From: an uncultured Alphaproteobacteria bacterium
GTDB lineage: Bacteria > Pseudomonadota > Alphaproteobacteria > Rhizobiales > Xanthobacteraceae
Reading direction: 5' to 3'
Assembly (NCBI GenBank): GCA_963727325.1
Contig: CAVSFV010000033.1
Coordinates: 148,687 to 212,686, forward strand
Length of the DNA stretch: 64,000 bases
Position 1 is the first letter of the stretch; every line of letters starts with the position of its first letter. Shown one piece after another: positions 10,406-18,883 of the stretch. Below the pieces are notes generated by a model that worked only from the letters and a program-made list of their open reading frames with translations, had not been told where the DNA came from and did no database searches. Position numbers and translations under genes: made by a program.

Positions 10406-10792
10406 ATGGCCAAGGAACCGTTCGAAGAATTTGCAATGCCCAATGAGGTTCGCGCTTTCGTCGAGCAAAGCGTTTCCCAGGCGAGGACGGCCTTCGATGG
10501 TATCGTCCAGGCGGCCAACCAAGCGGTTGCGCAGTGGCAGGGGCAGGCCGAGGCGGCGCGCGCCGGCGCCAGCGAAATCGCACACAAATCGATGGGTTAT
10601 GTCGAGCAGAACATGGCGTCGACTTTCGAGTTTGCTCAAAAGCTGATGCAGGCCAAGGATCCAACCGAGGTCGTCCGGCTGCAGTCTGAGTACCTTGCAA
10701 ACCAAATGAAAACGCTGTCGACCCAGGCGCAAGATCTTGGACAAAGTGCTGCCAAAATAGTCATGGATTCTGCGAAACCTAAAAAGCCGTGA
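10406..10792 (+). CDS. phaP: Phasin family protein (PHB granule-associated).
   Basis: ATG at 10406 preceded by GAGGAG. MAKEPFEEFAMPNEVRAFVEQSVSQARTAFDG... and ...AKDPTEVVRLQSEYLANQMKTL are typical alphaproteobacterial phasin sequence. Confidence 0.85.
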   Translation: MAKEPFEEFAMPNEVRAFVEQSVSQARTAFDGIVQAANQAVAQWQGQAEAARAGASEIAHKSMGYVEQNMASTFEFAQKLMQAKDPTEVVRLQSEYLANQMKTLSTQAQDLGQSAAKIVMDSAKPKKP

Positions 10793-10850
10793 GACCGCGA
10801 AGGCTCGCTGCTAAATAAATTAACAATATCAGATATTTAATGAAATTTTG

Positions 10851-10879
10851 TGCAATGCAATATAGTCTATTGCAATGCA
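10851..10879. promoter_or_regulatory. Two direct copies of TGCAATGCA spaced 20 bp start to start, in the AT-rich spacer upstream of the second phasin gene. Candidate PhaR-type operator.
   Basis: tgcaatgca at 10851-10859 and again at 10871-10879, inside an unusually AT-rich intergenic stretch (10793-11047). Confidence 0.3.
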
Positions 10880-11047
10880 TCAAATTGCCTGCTATATACG
10901 CCCAGTGGAAGACCCGGGCTTGAGTAGTGCTGCGTTCTGCCGCGGGCTCGATGAAATGAAATGTGATGGCTCGCGAGATGGGCGGCGAGCCCAGGAGCAT
11001 TCTCCAGGTAAACGGCCCAAAGACTCCAACGAGCAAGGACGAGTGTC

Positions 11048-11545
11048 ATGGCAGAAGCTGCAACTACTGCCCCCAAAGCAAAGCCCGCCAAACCGGCAAT
11101 GGCTGCGTTTGAAATGCCGAAGTTCGAGATGCCCAAGTTCGACATGCCGAAGGTAGAGATGCCTGCGGCTTTCCGCGAAATGGCGGAACGCGGTGTCGCT
11201 CAGGCCAAAGATACCTACGAGAAAATGAAGGCCGCCGCCGAAGAGGCGACCGACGTTCTCGAGACCACCTATTCGACCGCCACCAAGGGCGCCTCCGACT
11301 ATGGCCTCAAGGTCATTGAAGCCGCCCGCGCCAACACCAATGCCGCGTTCGATTTTGCCGGCGAGGTCATGGCGGCAAAGACGCTGGCGGAAGTCGTCGA
11401 ACTGACCAACGCGCACGCCCGCAAGCAGTTCGAGTCGCTGACGCAGCAGGGCAAGGAACTCGGTGCACTGGCACAGAAGGTTGCGACCGAGACCGCCGAG
11501 CCGATCAAGAGCGGAATGAACAAGGCCTTTACGAAGGTCGCCTGA
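11048..11545 (+). CDS. phaP: Phasin family protein with an N-terminal (F/V)(E/D)MPK pentapeptide repeat.
   Basis: 165-aa ORF. AFREMAERGVAQAKDTYEKMKAAAEEATDVLETTYSTATKGASDYGLKVIEAARANTNAAFDFA... is canonical phasin sequence. Confidence 0.85.
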   Translation: MAEAATTAPKAKPAKPAMAAFEMPKFEMPKFDMPKVEMPAAFREMAERGVAQAKDTYEKMKAAAEEATDVLETTYSTATKGASDYGLKVIEAARANTNAAFDFAGEVMAAKTLAEVVELTNAHARKQFESLTQQGKELGALAQKVATETAEPIKSGMNKAFTKVA

Positions 11546-11591
11546 TCGACCTTCGATCGCGCTTTCGATTACCCCCGGTCGCATGACGGGG

Positions 11592-11618
11592 AAAAGCCCG
11601 GGCTTGACCCGGGCTTTT
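11592..11618 (+). terminator. Rho-independent terminator after the second phasin gene.
   Basis: GCCCGGG (11596-11602), loop CTTGA, CCCGGGC (11608-11614), then TTTT (11615-11618). An A-run precedes it, so it could act bidirectionally. Confidence 0.7.
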
Positions 11619-11694
11619 GCTTATCTGCGCTTGCTTATCGGCTTGCCAAAACGGGACGTTCCCCCTAGCTTTCGCGCACTTACCGACCGCGCGT

Positions 11695-11771
11695 GCAGCT
11701 GTAGCTCAGTTGGTTAGAGCGCCTGACTGTGGATCAGGAGGTCGGTGGTTCGAGTCCACCCAGCTGTACCA
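11695..11771 (+). tRNA. tRNA-His (anticodon GUG), CCA encoded, discriminator A73, no G-1:C73.
   Basis: Hand-folded cloverleaf: acceptor GCAGCTG/CAGCTGT (G1-U72 wobble), D arm GCTC-AGTTGGTTA-GAGC, anticodon arm CCTGA-CTGTGGA-TCAGG, variable loop AGGTC, T arm GGTGG-TTCGAGT-CCACC, then A-CCA. Confidence 0.95.
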
Positions 11772-11953
11772 GTTTTATCTTCCACAAAGGTCGCGGCCGC
11801 TCTGCCCCTTCATGCTTGTGGTCAGCCCGCGGCGATTCATTCACGCAACAATTCACGCCCGCTTTACCTTAACGCCACCGGGCGACGCGACGGCGAGGCA
11901 ACCTTAGCTATTCTCGCCTATCAGGCGCCGATGCGCCTCCATCCATCGCTTAA

Positions 11954-13199
11954 ATGCCCGTGAACCGCGCGACGACATTGACGGCGTTCAGGAACGCACC
12001 CGCGCTGCCGGACTTAAGCCGCGCGGCAGCAGCGCCAAGCGTTGAGCGCCTGCGCGAAACGCCGGCGAAACTGAATTTCCACATCTACGGCGATTTGACC
12101 GCAATCGAGAGCGATTGGCGGCGCTTCGAGCGAAAAGCCGATTGCACCGCGTTCCAGACTTTCGATTGGCTCTCGGCGTGGCATCGAAATATCGGGCTGC
12201 GCCAGGGCGTCCACCTGGCGATCATCGTCGGCCGCTACAGCGACGATGAAATCGCTTTCATCATGCCGTTCTGCGTAGAGCCGGAACGGCTGGCACGACG
12301 GTTATGCTGGCTCGGACAGAAGCTGAGCGACTACAACGGACCGCTGCTGGCGCCCGACTTCTCGCAACGCGTCCCGCGCGAAAGCTTTCTCGCTCTCTGG
12401 CGGGAGCTGAAGGCGCAGATGCAATGCGATCCGCTGTTGCGTTATGACTGGATCGAGTTTGAGAAGATGCCGGAAACGATCGGCACTCAAATCAATCCAT
12501 TCACCTTTCTCCGGGTCGCACTGAATGCCAGCGGCGCACATCTGACGCATCTCGCCGATGACTGGGAAAAATTCTACACCGCCAAGCGCTCGTCCGCGAC
12601 ACGCCGCCGCGACCGCGCCAAGCGCCGGCATATGTCAGAATTCGGCGAGGTCCGCTTCGTGACCGCAGCCGGGCGCGGACGATACCCGGCGCACGCTCGA
12701 AACGCTGCTCGAACAAAAAAGCCGGTCGCTCGCGCGCCGGGGAATTGCCAACATCTTTGCCCCGCCCGGACACCGCGAGTTTTTTCTCGACCTCGCATCA
12801 AATCCGCAAAGCCGGCATCTGTTTCACATCAGCCGAATTGATGTTGGCAAATCGTGCGCGGCTGCGAACTTCGGCATCATGTTCGGCGATCGCTACTACC
12901 ACGTGGTCGCCAGTTACGACGACGGCGATATCGCGCACTACGGACCTGGCGCGCTTCATTTGCGCGAACTCATGGCTGAAGCGATCAGAATGAGGCTGAA
13001 ACGCTTCGATTTCACGATCGGCGACGAGCCGTACAAACTGGAATGGTCCGATACCACTCTCAACTTGTACGACTTCGCGGCCGCCGCGACTTGGCGTGGC
13101 TTACCCGCGCGAACCGCTTCAGCGGTGCGACGCCGGATTAAACGCTTCATCAAACAAACCCCATGGGCATGGCGCTTGGCTTCTCGTGCGCGGTCCGCG
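11954..13199 (+). pseudogene. CelD/BcsL (FemAB-like) GNAT acetyltransferase-fold protein, frameshifted near 12663-12675. The 3' boundary is uncertain because no stop codon occurs before the ATP-grasp module.
   Basis: ORF 11954..12841 is family-like up to ...EVRFVTAA, then becomes junk. The frame of ORF 12879.. is open from 12663 and reads ADDTRRTLETLLEQKSRSLARRGIANIFAPPGHREFFLDLASNPQSRHLFHISRIDVGKSCAAANFGIMFGDRYYHVVASYDDGDIAHYGPGALHLRELM...DFTIGDEPYKLEW. Confidence 0.65.
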
Positions 13200-14454
13200 A
13201 TGGGCCCGCTGTCGCGGCCGAAATTCCTGTCTCGATCACATGCCCACGAAGCAGCCCGTTTACGCGGCGCGGCGACTACACAAGCGGTCGCCTGCGTCAT
13301 GGGTGATATGGATCTATTGCGGCCGCTGGTCCTGGCCGGCGTTCCTTGCGCCGTCGTGACGCGGCCGGGTGTCCCCTCGCTCTACTCCCGATACGCACAA
13401 TCTCATCTGGTCTGGGATGATTATTCGAAGGACACCGAGGTCCTGGTCGACGCGTTGGTGCGCTTCGGCAAGGCGCAGCCCGAGCGCCCGGTTCTGTTCT
13501 ATGAAGAAGACAGCCAAATTCTTCTGATCTCGCGGTTTCGCGAACGCTTGAAAGAGGCTTTCCGCTTCGTCATTGCCGAAGCCAAGCTCGTCGACGATCT
13601 TCTCGATAAAGGACGCTTTCAGCTCCTCGCGGAGCGCCATGGTTTCGCGGTGCCGGTGGGACGGCGTTTCGACCCCGCGAGCCCTCGAAGCTGAGAATCT
13701 CGGGCTTGCGTTCCCGCTGATCGTTAAGCCGCTGACCCGGCTCAAGCTCTGGACCGACACTTTCGGACTGAACAAGGCCATTAACGTCGAAAACGCTGAG
13801 GCGTTGCGAAGCTTGTGGCCGCAATTGCGCACAATTGGCCTCAAACTTTTGGCTCAGGAATTCATCCCCGGCGGAGAAGGCCGGATCGAAAGCTACCACT
13901 GCTACGTGGATCAACGCGGCGAAATTGCCGGCGAATTCACCGGTCGAAAGATCCGCACTTATCCGGTGTGTTACGGCCACACCAGTGCGCTGGAGATCAC
14001 CGATGCCGACGATGTGCGCCAAAATGGACGCGCTGTCGTTGAGGCACTGGCGCTCACCGGAGTGGCCAAACTCGACTTCAAGCGCGACCCGCGCGGCAAT
14101 CTGCGTCTTTTGGAAATCAATCCTCGCTTCAATCTGTGGCATCACGCCGGAGCCGTTGCCGGCGTGAACATTCCGGCGCTGGTTTACGCCGACTTGGTCG
14201 GCATCCCGCGACCACCGGCCGCGCAAACCCGCGCCGGCGTCCGCTGGTGCCGGATGTGGAAGGATCTCCCGGCCGCGCGCTCCGCCGGGATGCCGCTGAG
14301 AGCGTGGCTGCCCTGGGCGTTCACCTGCGAAGCCAAGTCGACTTTGTCGTGGGACGATCCGATGCCGTTTTTGCGATCGACACTGCATCGCGCGGCCGGC
14401 CATTACCTCGGACGCGAGCAAGCAGGCGCCTGGCACCGGCAGAATTGTGGCTGA
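13200..14454 (+). pseudogene. ATP-grasp domain protein, frameshifted near 13670-13690. It is in frame with the upstream GNAT module with no intervening stop.
   Basis: The N-terminal part (frame of 12879..13694) reads ...VACVMGDMDLLRPLVLAGVPCAVVTRPGVPSLYSRY...FQLLAERHGFAVP. The C-terminal part (ORF 13573..14454) reads LEAENLGLAFPLIVKPLTR...LLAQEFIPGGEGRIESYHCYVDQRGEIAGEFTGRKIRTYP...VAKLDFKRDPRGNLRLLEINPRFNLWH (ATP-grasp fold motifs). Confidence 0.65.
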
Positions 14455-14580
14455 GTCTGGCGTCGGGCCGTATTGGCTGACACCGCGCTTCTTCCCACGG
14501 CACCGCGGGACGCGCTAAACAATGATGGTGCGCCGTCCGACATTGCCATCCGGCGCGCGGCGCAACCGTTGAACACCGTG

Positions 14581-15504
14581 ATGAACACCAATTCGTTCTG
14601 GCCGGACCTGCCGCTGACGGCGTGGTCCGATACCTGCGAGACCCTGCATCGCTGGACGCAGGTCGCAGGCAAGGTGCGGCTCAAGTCGACCCCGCTGGTC
14701 AATCATTGGTGGAATGTGACGTTCCATCTGAATTCGCGCGGCCTGGTCGCACCGGCGAATATTTATAATGGGCGCAGCTTCGATATTGTCTTCGACTTCG
14801 TCGATCATCTCCTTCGTGTTGCGACCAGCGACGGCAGGGTCGAAAGCTTCGCGCTTGCGCCGATGTCGGTTGCCGATTTCTATGCGGAGTTCATGGCGCG
14901 TTTGCGCCGCCTCGACATCGACATCCACATCTGGACGATGCCCAGCGAAATCGAAAATGCGGTGCCGTTCGAACAGGATCGCGCGCACGCCCAATACGAT
15001 CCGGAATATGTGTCGCGCTTTCAACGAATCGTCGTTCAGAGCGCCCGCGTGATGAACGAATTCCGCGCCCGCTTTATCGGCAAAGTCAGCCCGGTGCATT
15101 TCTTCTGGGGCAGTTTCGATCTCGCGGTCACGCGGTTTTCCGGCCGCACCGCACCACCGCCTCGAAGCGTCACGCCGAACGTCGCCGGCTGGGTCATGGC
15201 GGAAGCGTATTCGCACGAGGTTTCGAGCTGCGGTTTTTGGCCGGGCAACGGCGGTTACGGCCGCGCTGCATTCTATGTCTACGCTTACCCGGAGCCGTCG
15301 GGTTACGGCGACACGCAATTGCGGACGCCAGAGGCTTTCTACGATAAAAACCTGGGCCAATTCATTTTGCCGTACGACGTTGTTAGACAGTCGCGCGATC
15401 CCGATGCGCTATTGCTCGGTTTTCTGCAAGAAACCTACGAGGCCGCGGCTAACCTTGCCGACTGGGATCGCAAAAGCCTCGAACGCGGGGCTGCGCGCCA
15501 ATAA
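14581..15504 (+). CDS. DUF5996 family protein. The ORF is open from 14473; the ATG at 14581 fits the usual family N-terminus.
   Basis: NSFWPDLPLTAWSDTCETLHRWTQVAGKVRL...NHWWNVTFHLNSRGL...FFWGSFDLAVTRFSGR match the pattern I associate with DUF5996. Confidence 0.75.
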   Translation: MNTNSFWPDLPLTAWSDTCETLHRWTQVAGKVRLKSTPLVNHWWNVTFHLNSRGLVAPANIYNGRSFDIVFDFVDHLLRVATSDGRVESFALAPMSVADFYAEFMARLRRLDIDIHIWTMPSEIENAVPFEQDRAHAQYDPEYVSRFQRIVVQSARVMNEFRARFIGKVSPVHFFWGSFDLAVTRFSGRTAPPPRSVTPNVAGWVMAEAYSHEVSSCGFWPGNGGYGRAAFYVYAYPEPSGYGDTQLRTPEAFYDKNLGQFILPYDVVRQSRDPDALLLGFLQETYEAAANLADWDRKSLERGAARQ

Positions 15505-15528
15505 TTTTGGGGTGGATCGGCAACCGTT

Positions 15529-17583
15529 ATGCGCATCGGCATCCGCCTCGCGATTTCCAGTCTGGTGCTGGCGTCGATCATCGTCAGCGCGATCGGCGTG
15601 CACCTGTTGTGGTGGCGAACCGCTGAGGCGAACAGCCGCGCGCTGGCGACGACGATCGACGAGCAGATCGTCTCGGCGGTGCAGAAAGAACTCAACACCA
15701 TCACGACCCAGGCTACGGCCGCGCACACCGCGATTCGCACTCTGTTCGTGCAGAATGTGCTCGGCGCGCGCGAAGCCGACAAACGCGAATTCGTCTTTCT
15801 GTCGCAGCTGCAATCGCAGCCAAGCATTTCGTGGGTCGCATTCGGGTTTCCGAACGGAGATTTCTTCGCAGCGCACAAGCTCGGCGATCTGAGCCTGGAA
15901 ATGATGGAGATCGCGCGCGTCGACGGCGTGATCAAACGGCGCGTCGACGCTTATCAGGTGGTCGTTGGCGACATTCAATTCGAGAAACGCCGGTTCGAAG
16001 ACACCAACTACGTTGTTACCGATCAGGAATGGTACCGCAAAGCCATCAAGAACGACGATCCGGCATGGTTCGAAGTCTCTGACCTGCCGGTGGGGTTGCG
16101 TCCATCGATCGTCTATGCCGGCCCGATCGACGTCTACCAAAAGCGGCAGGGCGTGCTTGCGGTCATCATCGAAAACACCCGGCTCGCACAATTCCTCTCG
16201 CAACTCTCCGTCGGCAAGACCGGCGCGGCTTTCATCCTGGGCCGCGACGGGACCGTTATCGCCGGCCCCGACCCCGATGCCGACGAACTCAAAATGCAGC
16301 GCTCGAATCAGCCATTGCTGCCGATCGCCCAAGGGGCGATGAAGGCGGCCGGCAGTTCGTACAGCAGCACCGGCAAGGTGGCGCACCCCATGCGTTTCGT
16401 CGCCGATGCGAACGCCTACGCGGTAACTTTAACACCGCTCGATTTTCCGGGCTGGACGCTTGCGACCGTCATTCCGGAAGCGGAGTTTTTAGGGCCGATC
16501 GAAACGACGATCCGTTATTTGGTCATCGGCCTGGCGCTTCTCATTGTTGTTGCCGGCATTTTTTCAGCATGGCTGGCCCGACGGATCATTGCAGGCCCTT
16601 TAATTACGGTGGTTGACGAGATCAAACACGTCGAGCGCTTTGAGCTCGACCAGGTGCGCCGACATCCATCGCGCGTTGCCGAACTCGAGAACCTGTCGAA
16701 CGCGATTGCCGATATGGCGGGCGGCCTTGCCGCCTTTCGCAAGTACATACCTGCGGATCTGGTAAGGATGCTGCTGCGCGAGGGCGTCGAGCCGCGACCC
16801 GGCGGCTCAGTACGGACCCTCACGGTGATGTTCACCGATATTGCCGGCTTTACCGGCCTGTCCGAGCGGCTCGGCGACCAGATCATCCCGCTGTTGTCCG
16901 GCTACCTCGATGTCATGTCGCGCGAGGTGAACTCCCATGGCGGTACAATCGACAAATTTATCGGCGACGCGGTGATGGCGTTCTGGGGCGCACCGATGAC
17001 CAACGCCGATCACGCCGTCGACGCGTGCCGTGCGGCACTGGCCTGCCAGCGGTCGCTTCAAGCGTCCGGGCTGACCGACGACGGCGGCCGGCCGCTCAAA
17101 GCACGGATTGGCGTCAATTCCGGCGATATGCTGGTCGGCAACATCGGATCCGAGTTCCGCCTCAACTACACCGTCATCGGTGATGCCGTGAATGTCGCGA
17201 GCCGCCTTGAGGGCGCCAACAAGGAGTACGGCACCGATATCATCATCGGCGAAGAAACGCGGCGGTTGGCGGGAGATCGTATCCACGTCCGCGAGCTTGA
17301 TCGGCTCATGGTGTACGGCCGCGCCGGCGGCCTCGCCATCTATGAATTGCTCGACGTCGCCGAACACGGAGCCGGGCCGCCTGGTTGGGTTGCACTCTAC
17401 GACTCTGGTCTGGCGGCCTACCGCGCGGGCGATTTTGCCGGCGGCATGATTTTCTTCCAGAAGCTTTTGGCCGAGCGGCCGTCTGACCCACCGGCTCGCA
17501 TCATGCTCGAACGATGCAAACAATTTGCCGCCTGCCCCCCGGGAAAGGAGTGGGAAGCGACGAACGCGATGAAAGTGAAGTAA
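15529..17583 (+). CDS. Membrane adenylate/guanylate cyclase with a periplasmic Cache-like sensor, HAMP and class III cyclase domain.
   Basis: 684-aa ORF with an N-terminal TM segment, a roughly 280-aa extracytoplasmic region, a second TM segment and a HAMP-like linker. Cyclase core: LTVMFTDIAGFTGLSE...GGTIDKFIGDAVMAFWGAP...RIGVNSGDMLVGNIGS..RLNYTVIGDAVNVASRLEG. Confidence 0.9.
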   Translation: MRIGIRLAISSLVLASIIVSAIGVHLLWWRTAEANSRALATTIDEQIVSAVQKELNTITTQATAAHTAIRTLFVQNVLGAREADKREFVFLSQLQSQPSISWVAFGFPNGDFFAAHKLGDLSLEMMEIARVDGVIKRRVDAYQVVVGDIQFEKRRFEDTNYVVTDQEWYRKAIKNDDPAWFEVSDLPVGLRPSIVYAGPIDVYQKRQGVLAVIIENTRLAQFLSQLSVGKTGAAFILGRDGTVIAGPDPDADELKMQRSNQPLLPIAQGAMKAAGSSYSSTGKVAHPMRFVADANAYAVTLTPLDFPGWTLATVIPEAEFLGPIETTIRYLVIGLALLIVVAGIFSAWLARRIIAGPLITVVDEIKHVERFELDQVRRHPSRVAELENLSNAIADMAGGLAAFRKYIPADLVRMLLREGVEPRPGGSVRTLTVMFTDIAGFTGLSERLGDQIIPLLSGYLDVMSREVNSHGGTIDKFIGDAVMAFWGAPMTNADHAVDACRAALACQRSLQASGLTDDGGRPLKARIGVNSGDMLVGNIGSEFRLNYTVIGDAVNVASRLEGANKEYGTDIIIGEETRRLAGDRIHVRELDRLMVYGRAGGLAIYELLDVAEHGAGPPGWVALYDSGLAAYRAGDFAGGMIFFQKLLAERPSDPPARIMLERCKQFAACPPGKEWEATNAMKVK

Positions 17584-17700
17584 AGACGCAACCGGTTATT
17601 ATCCCGCCCTTCACTTTTGCCGCGAACCGGGCGACACAATTGTGCTATGAAATAGGCGTTTCCTCGGCTTCGACAGCCGAAGTTTCGGAAGGGATCGCCC

Positions 17701-18018
17701 GTGAATACAAAAAACATGACTGCAAAAAGCGCGCTGGCCGCCGCTATCGCCAGTTCCTTTGCCACGGCGCTCGCCATAATCGCCACGCCGGCACATTCAG
17801 CTCCGAAGCCGCCGCAACCGACGATGGACAAATGCTTCGGCATCGCTTTGAAGGGCGACAATGACTGCGCCGCCGGCCCTGGCACCACATGCGCGGGCAC
17901 GGCCGCTGCCGATTACCAGAGCAATGCCTGGAAGTACGTGCCGAAGGGAACGTGTGCGACCGTGGTGACCCCTAAGGGTAAAGGCTCGCTTGAGCCGAAC
18001 AAATCCGACCCGTCATAG
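17701..18018 (+). CDS. bufA: DUF2282 family secreted Cys-containing peptide (BufA1-type bufferin RiPP precursor).
   Basis: 105-aa ORF with GGAAGGGA upstream of the GTG start. Sec signal peptide ...[13 protein letters not shown]. Core [47 protein letters not shown] has four Cys. Confidence 0.85.
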   Translation: MNTKNMTAKSALAAAIASSFATALAIIATPAHSAPKPPQPTMDKCFGIALKGDNDCAAGPGTTCAGTAAADYQSNAWKYVPKGTCATVVTPKGKGSLEPNKSDPS

Positions 18019-18025
18019 ACGTTCC

Positions 18026-18883
18026 GTGTCTGACGCTTCGCACTTGCCAGCGCGCGCCGGCGTCGGCTTCAAGCCTCAGCATTTTCGCGACATCATCGCA
18101 GCACCGCAACCGATCGGTTTCTTCGAGGTTCACGCCGAGAATTACATGGGCGCGGGAGGACCGCCGCATGCGCGGCTCGGCGTCTTGCGCGAGCGCTACG
18201 CGCTCTCGATCCACGGCGTCGGGCTTTCGATCGGCTCAATGCAGCCGCTCGACCGCGCTCATCTCGCGCGCCTCAAAATCCTCTGCGATCGCTATCAGCC
18301 GGAAAGCTTTTCCGAACACCTCGCCTGGTCGTCGCACGACGGCGTCTATCTCAACGATCTCCTGCCGTTGCCATACACCGCGGAAACTTTGGCCCGCTTG
18401 GTGGAGCATATCGACGAGGTGCAGACAACGCTGGGGCGAACAATGTTGCTCGAAAATCCGTCCCGCTACGTGCGCCTTGCTGAAAGCACAATGCCGGAGG
18501 TCGAGTTCCTCGCCGACGTATCGAGCCGGACCGGGTGTGGGTTATTGCTTGACGTCAACAACGTTTTCGTTTCGGCCAAGAACAGCGGCGCAACGCCACT
18601 GTCGTATCTGGATTCGTTTCCATTCGATCGGGTTCGGGAGATCCACCTCGGCGGACATCATGAGGAAACCGATGAGGCCGGAGCGCCGCTGCTGATCGAT
18701 GATCATGGTTCGCCGGTCGCGAACGCTGTCTGGATGCTTTATAAACACGTCATCAATCGGGTCGGCCCGATCGCAACTTTGATCGAATGGGATAACGACA
18801 TTCCGGACTGGCCGACATTACGCGACCAGGCCGCGGTGGCCGGCAAGATCCTGACCGCGGCGTCGCGAGCGTCGGCCGCGTGA
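18026..18883 (+). CDS. bufB: DUF692/UPF0276 multinuclear non-heme iron oxidase (MNIO, MbnB-like; BufB). The ORF is open from a TTG at 17990; the GTG at 18026 avoids overlap with bufA.
   Basis: [13 protein letters not shown]...[19 protein letters not shown]...[12 protein letters not shown]...FSEHLAWS...LLENPS.Y...[13 protein letters not shown]...EIHLGGH are hallmarks of the DUF692 TIM-barrel family. Confidence 0.9.
   Translation: MSDASHLPARAGVGFKPQHFRDIIAAPQPIGFFEVHAENYMGAGGPPHARLGVLRERYALSIHGVGLSIGSMQPLDRAHLARLKILCDRYQPESFSEHLAWSSHDGVYLNDLLPLPYTAETLARLVEHIDEVQTTLGRTMLLENPSRYVRLAESTMPEVEFLADVSSRTGCGLLLDVNNVFVSAKNSGATPLSYLDSFPFDRVREIHLGGHHEETDEAGAPLLIDDHGSPVANAVWMLYKHVINRVGPIATLIEWDNDIPDWPTLRDQAAVAGKILTAASRASAA

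Noticed and set aside
11468-11485. Sigma-54-like string TGGCACAGAAGGTTGC.
   Set aside because: The GG-to-GC spacing is off by one relative to TGGCAC-N5-TTGC, and the string lies inside the phasin coding sequence.
11695-17583. Idea that tRNA-His marks the integration site of a genomic island carrying the GNAT/ATP-grasp/DUF5996/cyclase genes.
   Set aside because: There is no integrase, no phage or plasmid genes, and no visible direct repeat of the tRNA 3' end downstream. GC content looks native.
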